Assembly (NCBI GenBank): GCA_976226885.1
Contig: OZ320313.1
Coordinates: forward strand, 57,722,001 to 57,786,000
DNA: 64,000 nucleotides
Reading direction: 5' to 3'
DNA from: Iphione sp. A-MEVVRFRX5
Lineage: Eukaryota
A program made the translations under genes and the position numbers. The stretch's first letter is position 1, and every line of letters starts with the position of its first letter. Below the pieces are notes generated by a model. It did no database searches and was not told the origin of the DNA. It worked only from the letters and a program-made list of their open reading frames with translations. Positions 53,401 to 64,000 of the stretch are shown piece after piece.

Positions 53401-56400
53401 CAGCGAACAAGTCAAATCTACTGAAGGTGGTCGCTCTAATTCCTACTTTAAAAGGGAGCCATCGGATGACCTTTGAACGATTTATGTTCAGTTGTACATA
53501 TTTACATAATCAATATTACGGAATTTAGTTGTACAACGATGCATGTTAATGAGTTCATGTGTCCAAAGCCCTGCAAAGCATGTCAGAATTCAATGACACG
53601 TTTTCAAGCATATTTCTACTAACACCTTGCACATTGTTCTCCTTGTAATCCCATTTGAACGTGACGCTGTCAGAATCATGCATCTTTGAAATGGCATACT
53701 ATATGATGTGGACGTATGCGAACCGCCTGAAACCGAAACTTTTCTGCGTCAGGTTTTCTTCTTATCGCTGGGATGACTGCGCTACGTCATCCTTCAGTCA
53801 ACTGCCGACACCATCAGTAGTCAGCTGTCTGCACAATATATAAGCTGGCCTAAGACCATGGGCTTACCTAGTCTCCCATGTACGCACGCCGTGCCCTCTG
53901 CCTACCATAGAAGCCGCTATCAACACTATAGGACCATTTCTCACATCCTTCATCACCCCCGCCCTCCGAACACTCTTGGGTTAAAGCCCCCCGGGTCCTT
54001 CTGTGCCCCAGCAGGCGTAGCACGCTCCGCTACACTGGTGACTTGAGCTCATTTACATCAACTGCTGCCCCAACGACCGCGCCTGCGTCAGACAAATTGT
54101 ACTAAAAGCTCGAGCGGTTTGACCAGTGTACTAAAGCCTGCACACCTTCACGACCCTCGCTACCACCTATCTGTCAATAACTCCGCAGTGGGCGGGCCAA
54201 ACTCTTCCCTGCCAGAGTGGCTTTTCCTTTTTCTGGGCTCCACGAGCTAAAATAACTCCCTTTAATCAAGGTACGTTCCTGGTTTATTTTCACATTTATA
54301 TGACATTAGGCCTTTGAAGCTAAAAAAGAACATTACATGTATATATACTAGCAAATAGACTGGCAGATTGTACAATGAATCTGTTTTCCAGGAAGACCTT
54401 AATCTATGAGGACATTTAGGGCAGACTGAGTCCCATTACAGCAGTGGTCGACGTAAATGACATGTTGTTGTCGTAAAGGTCTCTGTTCATCACTGCAAAG
54501 CATTGAACGGGAGCAAATCTCAACCGCTTTTTGCTTTAGGCTATCTATTATGTCCATTATCAGAGGCAAAGTTATATTCGTAAGTGGACGGCTATACATA
54601 TCAACACTGAGGGACAAGTGGACAGATAAAATAAACCATGGGTTCTTATTTGCTGACTCATCGCAGCTGTTTCAGTTCTCCCCAGTTCTGGCCGGAAGGT
54701 ATAAGTTGTCACTGGCTGGTGATTCTCTCCAGACATCAGTAGTGTCTGTACTAATCATCCTAGCGCAGCGCTCAGTCGCCCGCTTGTCTATTCCTCAGGC
54801 CTGCTCCCTGTAATCCTGCACTTCTAGCTCGCCCGCCTCGCATTCTGTACCGGTCATTAATCGGAGAGCGGAATCTATATAGAGACCGTGTTTATAATCA
54901 TCTCAATCAGGATTCTACAAGCCAATATATGCTGGATTTGCGTCTGGGCTCGCAGGCCGATTGGGCATACTGTGAAGAAGGGCACATTTCGGACAGTTAT
55001 GCGAAAAGATTTTTTCCACCCCCCCACCCACACGCACAAAATTTGAGACTCTTATCGAAGGAGAGACAAAAAGGCAAAATGAAGAAGTAACAAAATCATA
55101 TTTGGAAAAGCTTACAGACGTAAAGGTTTACAAAGACGCACAAACAGACGGAGAGCAACATCTTTTAGAGAGCAGCAAATCGGTCACAGGGGAAAATCAA
55201 TTTTAAGGACATCCAAGAAGGAAAATGTTAAACTTTATGGGGGATGGTTCTCAAAATCACTGACGGTGCTGTTCGAGAGATTCCTAATATGGATTCTTCA
55301 CAGGAGCGTCAGTCACTGCGAGATAATAACACAAACAGTGAGGCAATTAGGTCATGTTCTATGAAGACAGGGAGAAACATGATCAAGTTTAAATTTCTTT
55401 TAAGTGAGACAAATACGCGTATGAAACACCCGAAGATATGCGTCCAGGGGAAAGCCACTACTCCCTTCGAAGGTCCTCAATATTTGTTCAATAGTTGGTT
55501 ATGTCTGGGCCTACAAATAAACAAAATCATTTCTCCCTCTCTTCTTCTATGCGCAGAAAACACGAGCTGAATCGAATTAAGCTATGGGAAGAAATTAAAT
55601 AATGACCTAGACCAATCAGAATGGACGTTCAATCAGAATGGACGTGTGCCGAGGCCTTGGTTCCGATTCATCGAGAGGGTCTTCAGCCTCTCGGATTAGG
55701 TTAGTCCACAGCCTGCTTGTAAACCAGCCCTCTGCCATGCCCCGCCCCGCCCCGGGTCCATCTTTATTGCCATCATTACACTGTATTCACCAAGAGGACT
55801 TTCAAAAGTCTCGCCTCTACACCAGATTAGACCAAATAAACGCAACAACAAGTGCCGCCAAAGTGTCCTTCGGTTCTGAGGGGACAATGGCTAGTAACCA
55901 TGACGACGTCCATTTGATCGAGGCTGCGCTTCGTATACAACGTGTCAAAAAAGCCCTTGGACACACCGAGGTCGATGGGACGAGCGCGTTCCTGGCCTAT
56001 TTTGTCAAGTCAGTGAACGTCTACGCTTGGGAGGGCCAGCCTAGCCACGGGCTTGGCCATTTGAGAATCAATCGCCTCATCAAGGAATCTCCCACTTTTG
56101 CCCGGGCGGCTTGACCCCACCAACCAGCCCCACCTCAGCGCGCCGTCCATGCCTACAGCCGTGCTGGGAGGCCGCGTTGCTCTCATTAAGCCGTATTGAT
56201 ATACATAGTGTCGAATACAGATACCGATACACGCCAGTCATAGTGTCGGCGATCACCAGCGAGGCGACGACAACCCACAGACTCATTTAATTTGCCTTCT
56301 TTTGTGAGAAAGGCCAGTGAGAATGGCCCTTTTTTCCCCCACACAGTACTTCAACACTCTCGCACTTCCTAACCCCCACCCTTACTCCCAAACACCACCC

Positions 56401-57567
56401 GCGTGCCTAACTCGTTTTTGGTACCAGCTGACCGATCGATAGCCCCACACGCAGGCGGAGCTCTTCACAAAAGAAGGTGAGAAAACAGCACCATAGCGTT
56501 GATCTCCATACAAATTGGCTCTAAAGTGAAGGCGGCTTCGCTGTATCCGTACCAACGCCTATCGTTTATGTGAATGGCACAGCCTGGATCAATGTGCTTT
56601 TCAGACTCTCAGAAACCACAGGCTGCCTCAGATATAAATTATACAGGTAAGATTAGACAAATAGAAACGAAGAGTTCTGTGCTCACAATCTGACCGGCAG
56701 GTATTGAAAGACAAAGCTGCTGCTGCCTTTCAAAGAAGCTACTGCGCTAGTTCCCTTATCGGCCAAAATGAGGGCGTCCGGTGAACATGGCATGTAAATG
56801 CCCTTCGATGGCGCCAGCTCATCAGCGCAATGCAGAGCTTCTCGTTGACGACCTGCTCGTACCTCTTGCATGCGTTACAAATCGCAAATAGGGCCCCTTC
56901 CAATACAATCAAATCGTTGGGTGGCAGGCGGTCGAAAAGCAATCACATCCACATTTCTAACTCCGTCGATTTTTTTTCCGATGGGTTCGCTGTAACCAAA
57001 TCTCCAGCCAAACTAAAAGAGGAGCTGCAAATCCACCGGACACAAGGGGCGACTAACCTGCCTTGGGCCATCAATTCACATTCGCCGACGACCGGCTGGA
57101 GACAAATGTGCGTGCCGCTAGGTGGCGGGCGGGAGTTTCTATTAGCTTCGCGCGCGGTAACATCCAAAGCTAGAGGGCACCCTTGGGCCGACAGTGAAAA
57201 TCTCCAGTGGAGGAGCGGGAAATCCGCAAGTCATTTTTCTTCAAGGGCCCTGGACCCCAGGTGCTGAGGAATGACGTCATGGTATGCTGGTCTATCGTGA
57301 CCTTTGAACTGAGGTAACATTTGTAAGTCAGCACGTGCTGTTCGGAGGCTATGCCTCCTCCCTCATTTCTGACAGATACATAGGTCCTACGACAGAGAAG
57401 TATGGATGATTGCCATGTCATCTTTGCACCTACGAAGCTACACGGAATATAGTATATTCAAGTAATAGTCTGGATGAAGCTAGTGCAGGGTCTACCTCGA
57501 GTACATTGAATTTCGTATATAAGGTGACCTGAATCACAGTACAAGTGTATCATAACAACATCATAAT

Positions 57568-57942
57568 TAGAGGTGTAGGAAGTAAAATTAAAGTGGGGTG
57601 GCCAAGTTTGAGTCGAGGCCCGAAGGGCCGAGGTGCAGCTTATGCGACAGGGGGTTTGGGGGGCTGCTCAAGGCCCCCAGAAAATTTTGGATTTTTGATT
57701 ACTAAAACTGCAATCTGAAGAGCTTTTAATTGTAAATATTTGATCTTTTTTCTTTTCTTTTATAATTTTTTTTGTGTTTGCTATAATCTGTATATTTTTT
57801 ATAATATTATATTATAAAAATATTATACACACACACGCACACACAAAAAGTGGGGGGGCCAAACCACATGATGGCCCCTCCACTTTCTTAAGTGGGGATG
57901 GGGGGCATGGCCCCCCTGGCCCCCCCGCTTCCTATGCCACTG
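57568..57942. mobile_element. Non-autonomous DNA transposon (CAGTGGC-type TIR MITE)
   Basis: Right end cttcctatgccactg; the left end tagaggtgtaggaag matches its reverse complement at 11/15; ataat flanks both sides; G/C-run subterminal sequence. Confidence 0.65.
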
Positions 57943-60347
57943 ATAATGGTGGGAATTATAAGAAGTTTAAAGAACTAGCCAAGCTCAATAAAGGAGCAAT
58001 TGAATATCACAGGTTTTAGAATCTTAAAGGATTAATGGTAGTTATGTATTTTCGCTTTGCGTTCAGTTCAACTTGCAAGTGATTTCCCGGCAAGGAATTT
58101 TTTCCTATATCTACTGAAAAGTAACCAGCTTTAGGAGCCTTTCCAGGATGAAGGCACACTCGAATCCTTTTTTGAAAAGGACATATTCAGATGCAAAGTC
58201 AAATATATATTTCACAAGCCACTGTTTAAAGTGGATTGAAGGAAGGTTATTCCTAACATACAATTGTGCTAGTGGAACTTTCCTATAAAGAAATCGTTAT
58301 TCATGCCAGGGTTTGTACATCCAGTATTTGTCGAGAGTATACGTCTTTAATTACATGTAACAATATACATCAGAAGGTTTAAACGGTTCCGTTAATTTCA
58401 CTGTAACTGTGGAGATGTATAGGTCTAGCATGCATTTGCCTCGAGCATATTCTCTTCACTAGGCACGGAACATTTCTTATGGCCTCATTGTTGTTCTCAT
58501 TTCCAATGCGTCCCTTCCTGCTTCCCATAATCACTTTGCCCAGCACTTCCTGTTTCCCAGGGTCTTCCGCGCACCGCCATACTGCTACCCTTTCTGATAC
58601 TCATGCGTGTTTTTTTTTCACGAATCTTGGTCCAATGCCAGAGAAGGAGGCTGAAGCTTTGAATCGTACAATTTTGCTTCTGTGTAGGTCTTTTATGTGG
58701 CTTCTTATCACATGCATCTCAAATAGGGCAACGACAGTCTGAACCGTCCGTGGCTCACGAACTATTTAGATGAGTTAGAGCACCAAATATAACCGACCCT
58801 ATAAGGCTACAGGTTGCTAAAAAGCCTACCTCTCGGCCCTATGTACTTTTCGTACAGGTGAGAGGAATTCTTTCATTTTACACATTGAGCACTGTTAACT
58901 GACTTACAGGGTAAAGTAAATGTTCAATGTCATTTACCATGCTTCGAATAAACATATGGATTTTAAACACTGGAGGAGTGAAGAGGCAAGCAATGATACG
59001 TCACTATCGAACAATTATTTGTTAGATTTACGCATAGTCCCAGGCTAGTCAATGCATTGCATGTATTAGCTAGGTAGCAAGCGGAGAAAGCGTCAGTGGT
59101 AAAGCAGTGACAGCTAGCGAATTCTTGACTGTCAGAACTACACCTGTGTAGTATAGGACTTACTATAACAACTACTCGCTCATTTCAGTTTTGTCACTCA
59201 TGATTGAGAGGGCACTGTTCCAGGTCATCATTGTAAAATCATGCGTCTATGAAATCACTGATGTTATAGAACGCAAGGAACCAATACCATAGACCACATT
59301 GAAACAAAGCCTGTATGATTATCAAATTTCTTATACACAAGAAAATGACAGATAACAAAGGTTCCCAAACACGGATGGCTACACAAGGGAGTAGACAGAC
59401 ATACACACAACAATAATATAAACACTCTCCCGGGTACTTTTCAAAGGTGTACTGACCATAATTGTCATACATAATCTTTGAGTTGTACTTTAATGATTTC
59501 ACTTTGAGCTTACTCAAAACCTATCAAGGTTTCGGGTTTTGCTTCAGTCGATAACTAATAACATTCAGAATCTTTTGACATTGAGTATTGGGCGTTCCCA
59601 AGCGTTTAGATATTAACTTACCTTTCATGCAAACAAATCGCTCAATATTGTCATCTGAGCTTCTTTACAACAGAGGAAGGGTCAGAATACCTTCTTGAAG
59701 CGTGCTAGTGACACAGTGGTTAGAATCTATGCTGAAGTTCCGTTGCTTGTATTAGACTGATGTCATTTTATCTCTTTTACACTGATTTATCAATATGATA
59801 CCAAATGTCGTAACTGCAGGCAATCTGTAATCTTACAAAACCACAAAATATTTCCATGCAAGCAATAAAGCATAGATCAAGAAACGGCTTCTTTAAGCAG
59901 TAAAACAAACGGTTATAAGGAACGTAACCAATTCTCACATATTCGATGTGAATATAATAACTTTACGGAAGAACTGCTATCATTACATATCTTCATTCTG
60001 AACGATACATTTTGTGATATAGCGTTTCAGAGCATGTTTACTACCTCTCTCAGTTTTGGTCAGTATTTGCACACTTTTATATTGGTTTTCTATTCGTAAC
60101 GATGTTAATAAAGTGATTTCTACATGTATATATTCTTATGTGAATACTCTTACTGCCTTTTGTGAACTACGCTATATATATTCTTATTCTTGGGAGGTAC
60201 TGAGCGGCTAGTTGGCGAGATTTCCAAGACTAGGCCGCCAGTGGATGAAGCTACTGGGCGGAAACCCCGGGCCTAGAGGGAATTTTCTCTATCTCTGGGT
60301 TTTAGGGGTCAAAATGGGTTTGATGTGAGCCTGGGTGAAGAACTTAC

Positions 60348-60404
60348 CCTCGAGGTAAGTTGGGGTGGTCTCTTCTCCTGAGATCAGGAGTGGGTGGGCG
60401 GCAT
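60348..60404 (-). CDS. Coding exon, 57 nt (HAAHPLLISGEETTPTYLE, linker)
   Basis: gtctctgtttcag|AT...GAGG|gtaagt; phase 1 to 1; joins in frame to 33498. Confidence 0.65.
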
Positions 60405-60872
60405 CTGAAACAGAGACACACCATTAAGGACTCTGAGAAGGTCATGCATGCTGTGGAAACATTGTGTCTATTGGTAACAAAAGAAAATATGGAACAATAA
60501 CAATACGGTTGAATGTCTTCTCGAACGAAGAACATGAACATGTAGAACGCATCTACTTTATACTGTGAACCAGCAACATGACATTTACGTGAAAAGTCAC
60601 TGAAAAAATATTTCAGAGAGGAGGATGCCACAGTTAAAGGCATACAATGCACATTAATACCACAGCAAATGGAAACAAGTGGTTTCGACAATAACATAAA
60701 TTGTATGCAGAGATAGATATGATATGTGTAATTGATATTGTAGATATCTTGAAGTAGATTAATTTATGAATTATTCATTCGTCAGCCGCCCGATGGCCGA
60801 AGTAAATAAAGTATGTTAAACAAGGCGAAGATGATAAAATTTTGAGCACGTAAAATTAACGGAGATACTTAC

Positions 60873-60944
60873 GCATACACTGCCTATCCTGGGCTCCACC
60901 ACAGGGCCGTACTTCATACATGGACCCTTTGCACTCCGTACAGG
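60873..60944 (-). CDS. Coding exon, 72 nt, TNFR-type cysteine-rich repeat (xCTECKGSMYEVRPCGGAQDRQCM)
   Basis: tatcatttcag|CC...ATGC|gtaagt; phase 1 to 1; the spacing C-x2-C-x9-C-x4-D-x2-C fits a TNFR/NGFR CRD module. Confidence 0.75.
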
Positions 60945-63900
60945 CTGAAATGATATAAAAATACTGATCAGAAAAATAGGGGAGGTCAGTAAGCCGAAGT
61001 TTTTTCATTATAAACATACCAAGGACGTCGTTTTATCAGCTACAACTGGAAGATCAAATTCAGAGCATCCATGATTACGGTGACCGATCAATGTGACGTG
61101 TGACTCCATGCTGCCGAGCGAAGCGTTAGCACCAAAGGGGCTGTAGCAATTCCTTACCTGTGTAGAACTACGGTGTCACTAGAAATGTAGAAATATAACT
61201 TCAAAAGGTCAGTCAAACCGAAACGTACCTCTCTGTGCTTTGATTTAGCCAGTGACATATATGTGAATTTTGCAAACGGCATATAATCATTCTGTTTTTG
61301 CATGCGTGTACGTTGGATACAAAGTGGTGCAGCACAAATATTATGCCTATCTGCTCAAGTACCTGTAGGCCTATTTGTATTGCACTTTCTAAGAAAGGTC
61401 ATCTCTGTATTTCCAGTCACTTTCTTCTCTTACCATTAGTGAGATAGCTGGGACCTGTCAAAGACTATCGTCCTTGTTCTATCGTCTGTATCATTATCCC
61501 TGTTTCCGATTGCTGATCAATATAATGTCCTTCTGGTGATGGGAGCGAACAGCAAACGCCATTGCCAGGACCAACCCGTGTGTAGATAAAACAGAATACG
61601 TGGGTCAAGATGTGTCTGTGTCATGTCTTTGGACTCCTGATGATAAATCCTGCTGTTGCCAGCGCAACTGCAAAGCCTTCTCCAAGGATACGTTAATACC
61701 CTTGGCAGTGCCATGAAACAAATATACTCTCACCAAGGCTCCAAGGGAGCATTGCTTTGTATTGACATAAAACATCCCAGGAGAAACAAAAAGGATGCAC
61801 CTGTCTGGATGTTGGCTAAGCTCCCCTCCCCACCCCGAAAGACAAAGTCGGTCTTTCAGAAGCCACTGTTAAGACCCATTAGGTAGCCAGCAGTTGGTCA
61901 GTATACTCCTCGCTAGCATTTGTAAAAGAGAACAGGTTACTCAATGCGTCAGCTATAGGTGAAACAATAGTGCATATACTTTCGTTTGCTCTTCGTTGAT
62001 GAAAAAGCGATATAATTCTGAAACCAGCTGACAGGCCTTCCTACTGGATTCCCAGTCGAAGGGTCAATGTATGTTTTGCCTCATTTAGTTTCCCTCTTCT
62101 TACATTTACCTGAAAGATGCACTTTGAACGTAAACCGACCACATACTATAGGACCACTACCCTTTATCATTAATTTTATCCATTGAAACAAGAGGCCCAG
62201 TTATCTGGCCGTGGGCACACCCTCCTTTAATTTGGATCTGTTTGACCGGCTGCAAAACGACGGCCTCGTAACTAAAGCGTTTACGTGCGGCATGTTGAGA
62301 TCTTTGAGTGATTTAGAATCTCATCATGCCATCAGAGACAACCCGGCCTTTCCTCCAGCGTAACGCTATTATACATACACAGTAGGTGGGCGTGCGCACG
62401 CATTTGGCTCATATCTTTCACCGGTGTCTGGCCGCCTCTTTCAGAGAAAGTATGAATTCGGATTAAGTGCCGGACAAGCGGGTTTTTAGCTCGTGGCACG
62501 TGCAAATGTTGACATAAGCCCTGGCAGCAGAGCACCGACAGCGACCGACGACAGCCGGGACAGCATTGCAGAAAGCCGGGGAACTGAGCCGTTATAAAGG
62601 GTGTATGGTTATGAGAAAACGAACAACGCAGCAGAGAAGCCAAATGGAGGAGATATTGAATGCCGTGAGTCAAGGCTAGATTTCTTACCCGACTATACTC
62701 TGCTACGCGTTATGGAAAACTCAGTAACCATGAAATCCCTACTGGTCAATTTCTTCGTGAGGGAAACGAACTTTGAAGACACAATGACTGAACATTGGAC
62801 AAGTCAGCAAAACGCTATTTGATGAAGGAAGGATATCATCCCAGCACAGAAAACCGATGTACACATGGGAAAAACTGTTATAAGCGACGTACTGTTTATT
62901 GGCATTCGACTTAAGCTTTCGAAGCTGAGTGATAGCCATCACTGATGTCAGCCATCATCTAGGGCTCTGCTATAAATACACTATCTTAACTCACATCTAC
63001 TGATCAATACAACTGTTGTTGCCAACCACATGCAAGACGCTAATATCGGTCACAACGATTACACCTATAATAAGCTGAACTATGGGCACGCAATTCGGAA
63101 TACCTATGTACCTCTACGTTATGTCCGGTCTTACCTATAGAATGAAACCTGCCTTTCCTACCCAGCTGGGGCCTTACACTAAACCAGGGAGGGTCGGCTC
63201 CGGAAAAGGGTACTTTGAGGCAGGAAATTAGGGCAAGGGGTGAAATGGCCAGCAAGGAAATTGGCGGGGCCGGGCCGTGGGGTTGTAATACGCTCAGTGC
63301 GGGTAATGCTTTCGGGTGTGTGGCGGAGGATGAGCAAGTTTAGCGGACTCTTTTATCAGCCCTCCGCCCCGGCTACCCCTTACCGGGCCTGATGAGGAAG
63401 ATGATTTACTACCATATGGCGTGGGACTACTGCCAAGCACTGTGCCGTATGCCGATACCAGCATCTACAGCCATGTGATGAGAGGGAGGCTTCTCACAGG
63501 ACCTGTTTTTTTTTCTATTCGCTTTGCTTTTGATGAATAACTATACAATAACCTATGATCCAATCACAACAATCATTCTCCCTACGCCCAATATAGCAAG
63601 AGTCTGTAAATCCTGTGAAACTAGGCAGTGATCAAAGATTTGTATTCCGTGTAAGACGTCTGTCATATGGGTGTCCCTTAAGAATTAAAGCGGAAAATCT
63701 ATGTGTAGATCAGGGCCTGATCTAATGCATAAATAATGAGTTGGGGAACGAAAATGTTTGATCGGGCAACCACATTAACCGCCCGCCTCTTGAATGGAAT
63801 TGAAAAACAAAATAAATTATTTCCCATTGAAGGGTTGGCTTATTATGAATTTGGTCCTCATAATGATACAGTATTTTATCTCTGTAGAGATCACTTATCA

Positions 63901-64000
63901 TTTGTAGATAGTGACTCCATGTAAGAAAGCCGCAATTTGTGTTTGGGTAATTCAGGTGAGACTCACTATGGGGTAACCCCCAAAAAGGCGTGTGAACGCA

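Larger units (their letters stand above)
14759..60944 (-). other. Large multi-exon gene: uncharacterised 5-TM membrane protein with an N-terminal TNFR-like cysteine-rich repeat (5' end not found)
   Basis: The exon chain below has GT-AG boundaries and consistent phases. The full model totals 4634 nt (2 leading nt plus 1544 codons including the stop). The 30483-27290 junction and the link across the 26.8-kb intron are less certain. Confidence 0.8.

Noticed and set aside
55638-57267. ORFs 55638-56114 and 56830-57267
   Set aside because: No domain signature or splice context; consistent with GC-rich intronic DNA.
60231-60277. Branched hairpin resembling a small ribozyme; also scattered CTGATGA words
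   Set aside because: No CUGAUGA...GAAA hammerhead core with matching stems.
61150-63150. AG|GT recursive-splice-like sites (about 61157, 62110, 63137, minus strand)
   Set aside because: AGGTAA is expected many times per strand in 64 kb by chance; there is no independent evidence.

Overview
This window is eukaryotic, probably invertebrate animal, genomic DNA (spliceosomal GT-AG introns, microsatellites, MITEs). I found no supportable RNA genes or CRISPR arrays. Left end (1-7.4 kb): two related but diverged DIRS/Ngaro-type retroelements arranged head-to-head. Element 1 (minus strand) has intact gag and RT/RNase H frames running off the window edge. Element 2 (plus strand) is decayed, truncated before RNase H, and bracketed by a 36-bp direct repeat; a possible solo LTR follows. 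From 14.76 to 60.94 kb the minus strand carries one large multi-exon gene that I reconstructed by hand from splice sites and phases. It has about 16 exons, encodes about 1,540 aa within the window, and its 5' end was not found. The predicted protein has an N-terminal TNFR-type cysteine-rich repeat, a long Cys-containing ectodomain with an RKKR motif, five TM helices with two N-glycosylated loops (prominin-like topology), and a C-terminal PDZ-binding motif (ETKV). Possible splicing-control signals: 13 sense-strand UGCAUG motifs downstream of a weak-donor exon, a phase gap that either of two 7-nt microexon candidates would fill, and a hairpin sequestering a 5' splice site. No database searches were run; family names come from motif recognition only.
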